Below are positions 55,390-64,000 of a stretch of 64,000 nt of DNA, one piece after another. Where the stretch lies: NCBI GenBank assembly GCA_018821925.1, contig JAHJLF010000043.1, positions 1,599 to 65,598 on the forward strand, in the 5' to 3' direction. A model generated the notes under the pieces. That model had not been told where the DNA came from. It saw only the letters and a program-made list of their open reading frames with translations, and ran no database searches. The first letter of the stretch is position 1; every line of letters starts with the position of its first letter. Both the position numbers and the translations under genes were made by a program. Source of the DNA: Candidatus Edwardsbacteria bacterium (GTDB taxonomy: Bacteria; Edwardsbacteria; AC1; EtOH8).

Positions 55390-58300
55390 ATGAAAAAGTT
55401 AGGTTTACTGGTATCCGCCCTCTTTATTTTAGCGGGGGTGGCATCAGCTCAGACCACCATTTTCTCGGACAATATGACCAACTTAACCGGCTGGACCCTG
55501 TCGCCTACCACCGGCGGCTGGACCACGACCTCCACCAAATATTATAGTTCCTCCTACAGCGCCAGGTGCGATGATGTCAGTCCATACGCCAACAGCCAGA
55601 ACAATTACATGACCAAGTCCGTCAGCCTTTCGGGATACACTGATGTCGCTTTGAAATTCTACATCTGGCAGTATAGCGAGAGCGGATATGACTACCTCCG
55701 GGTCCAATACTTATCGGGCACTACCTGGACCACCGCCTGGCAGAGGGCCGGCAGCTATCAAAGCTGGGCCCAGCAGACAGTCAGCATCCCCAATACCGCC
55801 ACCCAGATCAGGTTCTATTTCAACAGCGACGGCAGCGTTACCAATACCGGAGTATATATCGATGATGTGGCGTTAACCGGCACCGGCTCGGTGACCCAGA
55901 ACGATGCGGGCTCCGGCGGGGATGCCGGGAACGACTTCTCCACCGCCCTGACCGTATCTCCGGGCTCCTGGACCGGTTGCTATCTTGACGGAACAGACCG
56001 CAACGACTATTACAAGTTTAACGTTACCTCGGGACAGGTGATCAAGGTAAAGATCACCCCGCCGTCCTCGGCCGACTTCGACCTCTATCTCTACAATCCC
56101 TCCCAATCCCAAAAAGCCTCCAGCACGGCCGGTTCCGGGATAGTCGATTCCTGCGTTTTCACCGCCGACGCGTCCGGATATTGGTACGCCCGGGCCTACC
56201 AGTACTCGGGATCCGGCTACTACAGCCTGCAGATCTCGGTGTCCGGGGGGACGGCTCCGAACCTGGCGGTGAGCGCCACCTCGTGGTCTCCTGCCGCCTC
56301 GGGCGGGACCTCCAGCGCGGTCAACGTTACAAACTCCACCACCAGCGATGTCATCTCCTATACCGTCTCCTCCGATCAGAGCTGGCTGACGGTGTCCTCC
56401 TCCAGCGGCAACACCCCGGGCTCCTTCACCATGACCGCTGCCAACAACACCGGCGGAGCCAGGTCGGCCACGGTAACTGTCACCGCTACCGCGCCATCGG
56501 GCACCACCGGCTCGCCCAAGACCATCAGCGTCAGCCAGGCGGCGGCCTCCACCATGGAGTGGACCATCATGGTCTACCTGAACGCCGACAACGATCTGGA
56601 GCAATATGGCCTGGACGATTTCATCGAGATGTCCAACGCCTCCTACAGCTCGGGCAAGGTGAACCTGATCGTCCAGATGGATCGGGCCTCGGGCTACGCC
56701 ACCGGCTATGACAACTGGACCAGCTGCAAACGGTTCAAAATAGCCAACGGCATGACTCCGACCGCGGCCTACCAGATCTCGGACATCGGCGAGGTGGACA
56801 TGGGCAACCCCCAGACCCTGGCCGACTTCGCCAAATGGGCCATCCAGAACTATCCGGCCAACAAGTATTCTCTGGTGATGTGGGACCACGGCGACGGCTG
56901 GTATAAAAGCGATGACGGCTCCCCGATATTCAAGGGCTTCTCCAACGACAACTCGCACGGCTCGGTGATCGATATAAGCAACGGCGAGATAGCCAACGCC
57001 CTGAGCCAGATCAAGACCTACCTGGGCCGCAATCTGGATCATGTGGGCTGGGACGCCTGCCTGATGGGCATGTGGGAGGTGCTGGACATCGCCAAGGGCT
57101 ATGCCAACGTGGCCAACGTCTCCGAGGAGGTGGAAGGCGCCGCCGGCTGGTACTATACCAACTTCCTCAACAACCTGAACACCACGCCCACCATGTCGGC
57201 CATTGACATGGGCAAGGCCATCATCAACGGGACCTCGGGCCAGCAAACCCTGTCGGTGGTGGATCTCGCCCAGATACCCAACCTCACCGCCAAGGTCAAC
57301 GCTTTCGCCGATTCCCTGATGAAGGCCCGGGGGGCCGGTTATTCCTCGGCCATCGGCTCGGCCATGACCAACACCCTGAAGTTCTCCTCCAGCTACTTCC
57401 AGTACCACATAGACCTGGTTGACTTCTGCCGCAAGATTTGCGCCCAGACGGTGCCGGCCGGACTGAAAAACGCTGCCGCCAATTGTACCACGGCGGTGCA
57501 GAACGCGGTCAAGCTCTACAAGAACAACTCTACCTATGCCAACGCCCGGGGCATCGCCATCTATCATTGCAAGATTGACGGCTCCAACTACGACTCCAAA
57601 TATAACAACCTGCCCATCGCCTCCAGCACTGTGTGGGATGAGTATATCAAGGGCGGCTCCAGCGGCGGAGCCACCGCAAATTATACCAAGAGCACCGCCA
57701 CCTATAGCTGGGATGCTTCGGCCACCACGGCCACTGGCCTGACCGGGGACGACCAGAGCGTGAACAAATCCATCGGCTTTACTTTCAACTACTACGGCAC
57801 TAACTATACCACCGTCAACATCTGCTCCAACGGGTTCCTGAACTTTGGCACCACCTCAACCGCCTACAGCCCAGCCGCCATTCCCAACACTGCGGCCCCC
57901 AATGCCCTGATAGCCGGATTGTGGAGGGACCTTAACGTATCGGGCGGAGGCACCATCACCTACTACTCCTCGGCCACCAAGTTCGTGGTGTCTTTCAATG
58001 CCGTCAAGAACTATTCCAATACCAGCACTCAGACTTTCCAGATGATCCTGACCCCCGACGGCAAGATCAAGATCCAGTGGGGCGGCATCACCACCGAGAC
58101 CTATGCCTCGGGAGTGGAGAACCAGGCCGGCACGCTGGGCGTGGCGGCCACCGCCGCGACCAATTCGGCGGCGCTGTTCACCCCGCCGGCAGCCTGGAGC
58201 AGCCCGATCAATGATAACGAATTGGAGACCAGGCTCAATTCGCAGGGGATGCCGCTATCCAACCTGCTGTTCCAGAACGCCCCCAATCCGGTCAGATATA

Positions 58301-58533
58301 AAACCCTGATCGCTTTCCAATTGGAGAAGCCGGGCGAAGTTTCCCTGAAGATCTACAATCTCAACGGACAGTTAGTCAGAACCCTGGCCTCGGGACAGCA
58401 TAATTCCGGCTACCACCAGGTCATGTGGGATGCCAAGGACGATGCCGGAAGGAAGGTGGCCCACGGAGTGTATATCTACAAGCTGGCCTCCGGCGAATTC
58501 AACAGCGCCAGGAAGATGGTGCTGGTCAAATAG
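55390..58533 (+). CDS. Secreted clostripain-like (C11 family) cysteine peptidase with PPC domain and T9SS-type C-terminal sorting domain
   Basis: Start ATG 55390 after AAGGAAG. Signal peptide. PPC-like 'DAGNDFSTALTV...DFDLYLY'. C11 catalytic His/Cys regions 'WTIMVYLNADNDLE', 'VMWDHGDGW', 'GWDACLMG'. C-terminal 'NAPNPVRYKTLIAFQL..VSLKIYNLNGQLVRTL...HGVYIYKLASGEF..KMVLVK' matches the Por/T9SS C-terminal domain pattern. Confidence 0.7.
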   Translation: MKKLGLLVSALFILAGVASAQTTIFSDNMTNLTGWTLSPTTGGWTTTSTKYYSSSYSARCDDVSPYANSQNNYMTKSVSLSGYTDVALKFYIWQYSESGYDYLRVQYLSGTTWTTAWQRAGSYQSWAQQTVSIPNTATQIRFYFNSDGSVTNTGVYIDDVALTGTGSVTQNDAGSGGDAGNDFSTALTVSPGSWTGCYLDGTDRNDYYKFNVTSGQVIKVKITPPSSADFDLYLYNPSQSQKASSTAGSGIVDSCVFTADASGYWYARAYQYSGSGYYSLQISVSGGTAPNLAVSATSWSPAASGGTSSAVNVTNSTTSDVISYTVSSDQSWLTVSSSSGNTPGSFTMTAANNTGGARSATVTVTATAPSGTTGSPKTISVSQAAASTMEWTIMVYLNADNDLEQYGLDDFIEMSNASYSSGKVNLIVQMDRASGYATGYDNWTSCKRFKIANGMTPTAAYQISDIGEVDMGNPQTLADFAKWAIQNYPANKYSLVMWDHGDGWYKSDDGSPIFKGFSNDNSHGSVIDISNGEIANALSQIKTYLGRNLDHVGWDACLMGMWEVLDIAKGYANVANVSEEVEGAAGWYYTNFLNNLNTTPTMSAIDMGKAIINGTSGQQTLSVVDLAQIPNLTAKVNAFADSLMKARGAGYSSAIGSAMTNTLKFSSSYFQYHIDLVDFCRKICAQTVPAGLKNAAANCTTAVQNAVKLYKNNSTYANARGIAIYHCKIDGSNYDSKYNNLPIASSTVWDEYIKGGSSGGATANYTKSTATYSWDASATTATGLTGDDQSVNKSIGFTFNYYGTNYTTVNICSNGFLNFGTTSTAYSPAAIPNTAAPNALIAGLWRDLNVSGGGTITYYSSATKFVVSFNAVKNYSNTSTQTFQMILTPDGKIKIQWGGITTETYASGVENQAGTLGVAATAATNSAALFTPPAAWSSPINDNELETRLNSQGMPLSNLLFQNAPNPVRYKTLIAFQLEKPGEVSLKIYNLNGQLVRTLASGQHNSGYHQVMWDAKDDAGRKVAHGVYIYKLASGEFNSARKMVLVK

Positions 58534-58673
58534 GCTGGCAAACCACAATTCCGAAAACCGGGTATTCTAACAATAACGCCCGTAAATAGGGCACTATATG
58601 GAAGGGCGATTCCCGTCTGCCGGGTATTGCCCTTCCACACTAACTGCCGCCAGTACATTATGGAAGGATTGCC

Positions 58674-61600
58674 ATGCGAAAGATATCAATAGCCTTGGCC
58701 GGATTGTTGGCCGTTCTGTCCATATGTGCAAATCCGTCGGCCGGGCAAAATGTCATTTATGACAAGGAACCGGGCATAGCCGGGGAAGGCCCCGAATCGA
58801 GCGGGCGGCTGGTATTGGACAAAGCCGGGCAGCATCTGGCCGCCCCCCAAGACCCATCTGCCATCAAACCGGATGGGGCAGCCCGCGGAATTTCACCAGC
58901 ATCGCGGAAGGCATTAAGAAGAGCTTCCGTCAAAAATATCCGGAAAGCCACGGACAACTCCAAAGCGTCAAAAATATTCGGCTATGAGCAAGGCAATGAA
59001 ATGTCGGCCAAGGTTTCCGGGTTGATGGAATTGTCAGCCAGGGACGAAACGGTTTTCCCGGCGACTGCCAAACAGGATAAACCGGACAAGGTCCAGGGCT
59101 GGGGCCGCAACCATGCGGTCTCAAACTATACCGACAACCAGCAACGGCCTTCGATGGCCAAGGACAGCCAGGGCCGTTTGTATATCGCTTATGACTGGCT
59201 GTACTCGGGAAACGGAAAATACGAGGTTTGGCTGGCCCGATCCACCGACGGGGGCAACGATTGGGAAGACCTCTTCTACTTGGGCGACAACAACTACAAT
59301 TACCACCGGCCGAGCCTGGCCATTACCTCCAATGACCAGTGCTTCCTCTTCTACCAGACCGACGATACCCTTGGCATGCAGTACCTGCAATCCAACAATG
59401 GCGATAAATGGAATTTCTATTACCTTCCTTCATGGAAGGCCAACTATCCCAAATGCCACTGGCCCAAGGTGGCGGCGGGCAGAAAGAGCGACTCAACCAG
59501 GGTGGCGGTGGCCTGGCAGTACGACTACAACGGCAACGGCAGCGATTACGATATCGGTTATGCCTATTCCCGCAACGGCGGCGGCAGCTGGCTGGCAGGA
59601 TGGTCCCGTATCGCCGGCAGCGGCAGCCAGGAGAGATACCCTTCAATTTGCATCAGCGACAGCCTGATAGCGGTCGCCTACGAACTTTACGGCAACTGGG
59701 CGACGAACGACTCGGTTGACATCATGTACTCACGAACCGTCGGCCTGAGCGCCCCGCAAGACACCGCCTGGAGCGCCGGCGTCTCCGGCATCGCCACCAC
59801 CCGCCATGACCGGAGCCCGGACCTGGCGGCCTCGGGACGATACCTTTATCTGGCCGGCCAGCGGGCCTACAACGACCAGAACGATTACGATATAGTAGCT
59901 AGAAGTTCTAAGGACGGCGGAAAGACGTTCGCCGCAGGCTGGGTCTATGCCTCGGCCACCGGCGCCGAGGAGAAATATCCCGCGATCTGGGCCCAGGACA
60001 CTATTTGTTATCTGGCCTATACGCACGACAGCGCCTGGGCATATTTCCGATGGTCGGCCGACACCGGTAAAACGTTCTTCTCCGCCGAGATCGCCAGCGA
60101 CAGCAGCTACGCGGTTGAGGGCATATCCGGCATCGACCTCTGCCTGCTGGGCGAAAACCCAAGAGTAGCCTGGACAGACAACCGCAACACGGGCTGGGGC
60201 CTGGGATTTGACATCTATTTCAACACCAATCTCAAAAACTTCCCCCGGGCCTGCGATCTGGCGCCGTATAAGCCGGAGAGCTGGGAGTTTCCGCTGGTTC
60301 CGTCCAAACTTACGGGCACATACACTGTCAGCGATACCCTGCGCGGCTTTGGGACAACGGCCCGGGACACAACTTTTATAGATCTCTGCGTCATCGATTC
60401 GTCGTCAGTGGACGTGGCCGATATCTTCCGCGCCGGGATCTTCGTGGACGAATGGCTGTACGCATACCTCGAGGATTACCGCCTGCCGGCCTGGTGGACC
60501 GAGACGGTAGCCGACTATCCGATGCGGATTTTCGGAGGCCGGCACACCCTGCGGCTCTATGCGGACTACGAGGAGCGAATCCTCTACGAAAGGACCAGGG
60601 ACAACAATGTCTTCTCTCGTCAATGGGTATGGACGCCCTACCGGATGCCGGACGACACCACCCTGCAGGTGCCGACGCCGCCGGTCAACGTGATCGATCA
60701 GTCCGTCCCGGACTACAACTGCGACGGCTACTGGCAGGCCGCCACCAATTACTGGAGCGCGGTGGCCCTCAAACCGGCGGCGGGGACCGACTACGACCTG
60801 CGCGTTTACAACGACGCCTACGGCAAGGCGAATGCCGGGTTCTCGGTGGTGGCCGCCCAGTCAGCGCTGGGCCCGGACACGGTCGAAATAATCGCCGTCA
60901 ACGGCAACAAGCTGACCGCCGGCACCCGCTATTACCCCGGCATCTACCGCGGCCCAAAAACCGGCGACGGCGATTACTTCGCCCAGTTCTGCCTCCAGGA
61001 CGGCACCATCCCCAACAACGGCTGGAGCACGGAGAAGAGGATGGGCGACTACCAGATAGTGCATACCTATGATGTTGATCTCACTGCCGGCCTAAAATAT
61101 TACGCGGCCTGTAGCTTAAAGGCAGGGCCGGCCAGCCTGGGCTTCGCCGTATTCAGCCCCACGGGAGCGATCTACAAATCCAGATCCCAAGCCGTAGGCT
61201 CTTTTAATGAGATCGCCCCGCCCGGCAAACAATTCCAGTTTACCGCCGATACCTCGGGCTGGCATTCATTCGTCGTGTGGCACAATACTCCGGCCAAAGG
61301 CGATACCTCCAGATATTTTGTGGGACTGAATACCTCCAACTTCGGGCTGCCGCAGGCGGTGGAGCTTTCCTATTTTACCGCCCAGGCCTACCCCGACTCC
61401 ATCGTCCTTAAATGGAGGACCGAAACCGAGAAGAACACCGACCGCTGGCTGATAGAAAGATCGACGGCTCCGGAAGACGGATACCTGCCGGCCGGAGCGA
61501 CAGCCGCCCAGGCACACTCAAACATGCCCTGCGAATACAGCTGGACCGACGGGAACGTATCCGGGGGGCAGCTGTATTATTACCGGCTGGGCGAGCAGGA

Positions 61601-61943
61601 GACTGACGGGAAGGTCAACTATTTCGGACCGATTTCGGTAACCGCCATTGGTTCTCTGCAAATTCGCAACCCGCTGTTGACGGTCTCCCCAAATCCTTTC
61701 AAACAGAGCGCTTCCATTATATACCAGGTTGCGGAGCAAAACGCCAATGTATCTGTAAATATTTATAACCTTGCCGGACAACGGGTTCGCTCGCTTATTA
61801 GCGGAGTGCAGGCGCCGGGCCGATACCGTGCCAACTGGGACGGCGCTGACGATGGGGGAATGAAAGTGTCAGCCGGCTGCTATTTTCTCGCTTGGAGCAT
61901 TGGAAAAGATGACGGAGTGAAAAAAATCGCCAAAATTCAGTAA
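58674..61943 (+). CDS. Secreted BNR/Asp-box repeat (sialidase-like beta-propeller) protein with T9SS-type C-terminal sorting domain
   Basis: 1089 aa. Signal peptide. Several Asp-box motifs ('STDGGNDW', 'SRNGGGSW', 'SKDGGKTF', 'SADTGKTF'). C-terminal 'VSPNPFKQSASIIYQV..VSVNIYNLAGQRVRSL...GCYFL..' sorting domain. Confidence 0.65.
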   Translation: MRKISIALAGLLAVLSICANPSAGQNVIYDKEPGIAGEGPESSGRLVLDKAGQHLAAPQDPSAIKPDGAARGISPASRKALRRASVKNIRKATDNSKASKIFGYEQGNEMSAKVSGLMELSARDETVFPATAKQDKPDKVQGWGRNHAVSNYTDNQQRPSMAKDSQGRLYIAYDWLYSGNGKYEVWLARSTDGGNDWEDLFYLGDNNYNYHRPSLAITSNDQCFLFYQTDDTLGMQYLQSNNGDKWNFYYLPSWKANYPKCHWPKVAAGRKSDSTRVAVAWQYDYNGNGSDYDIGYAYSRNGGGSWLAGWSRIAGSGSQERYPSICISDSLIAVAYELYGNWATNDSVDIMYSRTVGLSAPQDTAWSAGVSGIATTRHDRSPDLAASGRYLYLAGQRAYNDQNDYDIVARSSKDGGKTFAAGWVYASATGAEEKYPAIWAQDTICYLAYTHDSAWAYFRWSADTGKTFFSAEIASDSSYAVEGISGIDLCLLGENPRVAWTDNRNTGWGLGFDIYFNTNLKNFPRACDLAPYKPESWEFPLVPSKLTGTYTVSDTLRGFGTTARDTTFIDLCVIDSSSVDVADIFRAGIFVDEWLYAYLEDYRLPAWWTETVADYPMRIFGGRHTLRLYADYEERILYERTRDNNVFSRQWVWTPYRMPDDTTLQVPTPPVNVIDQSVPDYNCDGYWQAATNYWSAVALKPAAGTDYDLRVYNDAYGKANAGFSVVAAQSALGPDTVEIIAVNGNKLTAGTRYYPGIYRGPKTGDGDYFAQFCLQDGTIPNNGWSTEKRMGDYQIVHTYDVDLTAGLKYYAACSLKAGPASLGFAVFSPTGAIYKSRSQAVGSFNEIAPPGKQFQFTADTSGWHSFVVWHNTPAKGDTSRYFVGLNTSNFGLPQAVELSYFTAQAYPDSIVLKWRTETEKNTDRWLIERSTAPEDGYLPAGATAAQAHSNMPCEYSWTDGNVSGGQLYYYRLGEQETDGKVNYFGPISVTAIGSLQIRNPLLTVSPNPFKQSASIIYQVAEQNANVSVNIYNLAGQRVRSLISGVQAPGRYRANWDGADDGGMKVSAGCYFLAWSIGKDDGVKKIAKIQ

Positions 61944-63839
61944 ATGAAGAATATTATTCTCCTCCTGTTTGTTCTGGCCGCGTCCCGTCCCATCGGAGCG
62001 GCCACTGGCGGACCGGATGCTTTTGGCTACCGCTGGATCGATTCTGACGAGACGGCCGGACCGGTTTACTCCTGGACCGAGATCAGGGGTCTGGGCGCCA
62101 GTCCGGGCGCCGCCGATGACAAGAGCTGGCTGGCGGCGCTTCCGCAGAGTTTCCGTTTCTACGGGCAGGTCTACGACTCGGTATACATTTGCAGCAACGG
62201 GTTTCTTTCGTTTGCCTCACGAGACTCGAACCCATACCCCTCATCGATTCCGAACAGCACGCTGCCCAATGCCATGGCCGCGCCGCTGTGGAACGACCTC
62301 GACCCGGCCGATCCCCAAAGCGGCGGAATATACTGCTACCATGACAGCGCAGCCGGCAGGTTCATGGTGGAATGGGATTCGGTGGTCCATTTCGGCACTC
62401 AGCATTATTATTCCATTCAGGCGATATTAGATTTGGCCGATTCGAGCATCACCTTTCTTTACTGCTCGGCTCAGCCCGGCTGGCAGGCGGATTTTGCCAG
62501 CATCGGGATAGAGAATTCCGCCGGCACGGTGGGTTTGAGCCTCGCCCAGAGCTTTCTGAAAGACCAGTATGCGGTCCGTTTTTACAATCAGCAGGACTCC
62601 CACGACCTGCAGGCGGCCGCGATTGTCTCCCCGGGATGGTATCTTGACCCCGAGGACTTGGCGGTGCCGGAACTGCTGGCGCAAAATACCGGCTTGGTAA
62701 GCCAGACCTTTCCGGTTGTTTGCCATATTCTATGCAACGACACTCTGATCCGGGTTGACACCGCGTATGTGACCGAACTGCCGGCGGGCGATTCCCTCGC
62801 GGTCGGATTCGCCCCGTGGCAGGCGGGCCCGGCAGGAGAGCGTTACGTCTTTCGGATGTTCTGCGACCTGGACGGCGATCAGAACCGGGCTAACGATACC
62901 CTGCAATCCGAAGCGATCTCGTTTCCCTACCGCAACAAGATCAACGCCTCCTGGCGTAGCGCGGCGATCTCTGTCGACGGCGTGCTTTCCAACGGCGAAT
63001 GGCCGGATGCGGCCAAGATCGACATCACCGACATTCTGAGCCGTAACGGCCAGGCAGTTCCGGCCGGAAGCGCGTTCCTGTACGCGGTCAACGATTCGTC
63101 GGCGCTATATCTTGCCGTGGACGTGCCGTGGGATGCGAGCCTGGAAAGCGGCGACGCTCTCTATCTTTTTGTCGACGACGACGGCGATGGCGCCTGGGCC
63201 GGCGATAACAGCGAGGGCCGCTATATCCTGCAGCAGTCGGGCGCTGCCGACAGCCTGACATTCACGGCGCTGCCGGCCGTTATCAATTCGGGCGCCGGCG
63301 GTATCGCAAAAGCCATCGGCATTGCGTCCGGGCATGCGCAATACGAGATGTCCATCCCTTTGGGCGGCGGGACAGGCAGCTATATCCGCAACGGGCCGGG
63401 CGGGATCGCAAAGCTTCACCTGAGCTGGCAGGACGGCGCCGATAAAAACATCTATGCCTGGTGGCCGCAGGACATGGAATTACCGCAGGACGAGAATCCG
63501 GCGCATTACGGCCGGCTGGCGCTGGCCGATGCCAGCGGCGTGGCCGAACAGCCCCAGGAGACAGCGCTGTCCCCTGGCATATTCCGGCTTTGGAATTCGC
63601 CGAATCCGTTCGCAGCTCAAACCCGGATCAGCTACCAGCTGCCGGCGGCGGGGCCTGTCGAAATCGTCGTCTATAATATTATGGGCCAGCGGGTGGCAGG
63701 ATTGGTCGATGGCGTCCGATCGGCCGGCCCGCATTCCGTCACCTGGACCACTGCCACGAGTTGCGCAACCGGAGTCTACCTCTGTCGGCTGTCATTCGCC
63801 GGCCGGCACCGAGTCGTGAGAATGCAACTCATCAAATGA
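61944..63839 (+). CDS. Secreted protein with T9SS-type C-terminal sorting domain and an N-terminal domain shared with the C11 peptidase above
   Basis: 631 aa. Signal peptide 'MKNIILLLFVLAASRPIGAA'. C-terminal 'WNSPNPFAAQTRISYQL..VEIVVYNIMGQRVAGL..GVYLCRL...RMQLIK'. Confidence 0.6.
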   Translation: MKNIILLLFVLAASRPIGAATGGPDAFGYRWIDSDETAGPVYSWTEIRGLGASPGAADDKSWLAALPQSFRFYGQVYDSVYICSNGFLSFASRDSNPYPSSIPNSTLPNAMAAPLWNDLDPADPQSGGIYCYHDSAAGRFMVEWDSVVHFGTQHYYSIQAILDLADSSITFLYCSAQPGWQADFASIGIENSAGTVGLSLAQSFLKDQYAVRFYNQQDSHDLQAAAIVSPGWYLDPEDLAVPELLAQNTGLVSQTFPVVCHILCNDTLIRVDTAYVTELPAGDSLAVGFAPWQAGPAGERYVFRMFCDLDGDQNRANDTLQSEAISFPYRNKINASWRSAAISVDGVLSNGEWPDAAKIDITDILSRNGQAVPAGSAFLYAVNDSSALYLAVDVPWDASLESGDALYLFVDDDGDGAWAGDNSEGRYILQQSGAADSLTFTALPAVINSGAGGIAKAIGIASGHAQYEMSIPLGGGTGSYIRNGPGGIAKLHLSWQDGADKNIYAWWPQDMELPQDENPAHYGRLALADASGVAEQPQETALSPGIFRLWNSPNPFAAQTRISYQLPAAGPVEIVVYNIMGQRVAGLVDGVRSAGPHSVTWTTATSCATGVYLCRLSFAGRHRVVRMQLIK

Positions 63840-63856
63840 GCGGGACGGGCGGTTAA

Positions 63857-63888
63857 GGGCGGGAATAAATTCCCGCCCTTTTTATTTT
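63857..63888 (+). terminator. Rho-independent terminator after the third T9SS cargo gene
   Basis: GGGCGGGAA-TAAA-TTCCCGCCC hairpin followed by TTTTTATTTT. Confidence 0.75.
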
Positions 63889-64000
63889 CCCATTGAACCG
63901 GGGGCTGAACTCATTCCCCTTTTAGGAAATTTTAACTTTCGCTTTATTATAATTAATTTATGTGCTATAATTTCCTTATGAAAATACTTCACATAGTCAC

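Noticed and set aside
1-64000. CRISPR arrays, rRNA genes, tmRNA, RNase P or SRP RNA.
   Set aside because: No regularly spaced short direct repeats and no recognisable rRNA or conserved ncRNA sequence blocks were seen. The only RNA gene supported is tRNA-Thr.

Overview
High-GC (~60%) bacterial chromosomal segment, probably from an uncultivated FCB-superphylum-like organism. Three consecutive proteins at the 3' end carry type-IX-secretion-style C-terminal sorting domains, and genes use Shine-Dalgarno sites. The core genome carries histidine degradation (hutI, ftcD), a TPR/ExeA-like ATPase/TPR cluster followed by comEC, deoC, an ABC-2 exporter, and the complete rod-shape operon mreBCD-mrdA-rodA, then lgt and a tRNA-Thr(CGU). 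Immediately 3' of the tRNA is a ~9.5 kb low-GC accessory island (about 23.4-32.9 kb). It holds a type II R-M pair, an MmeI-like type IIG R-M enzyme, a stand-alone class-III nucleotidyl-cyclase-domain protein with an unrecognised N-terminal domain, a small secreted/membrane protein, and a GT-C-like membrane protein bounded by a ~200 bp duplication of the 5' end of the downstream glmM gene. The chromosome then continues with glmM, glmS, a tandem-cyclase/AAA/TPR signalling protein, hflX, an MFS transporter, an ExbB-ExbD-ExbD-TonB cluster, a cyclophilin, and a STAND-like Ser/Thr kinase co-transcribed with a GAF-sigma54 activator. I regard the cyclase protein and its downstream partner beside the R-M systems as the most promising candidate for an undescribed (defence-type) system. 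Other notable items are a REP/MITE-like nested-hairpin repeat family, a palindromic in-frame insertion in hutI, promoter-bearing direct repeats flanking a single AT-rich gene, and an unassigned domain shared by two adjacent T9SS cargo proteins.
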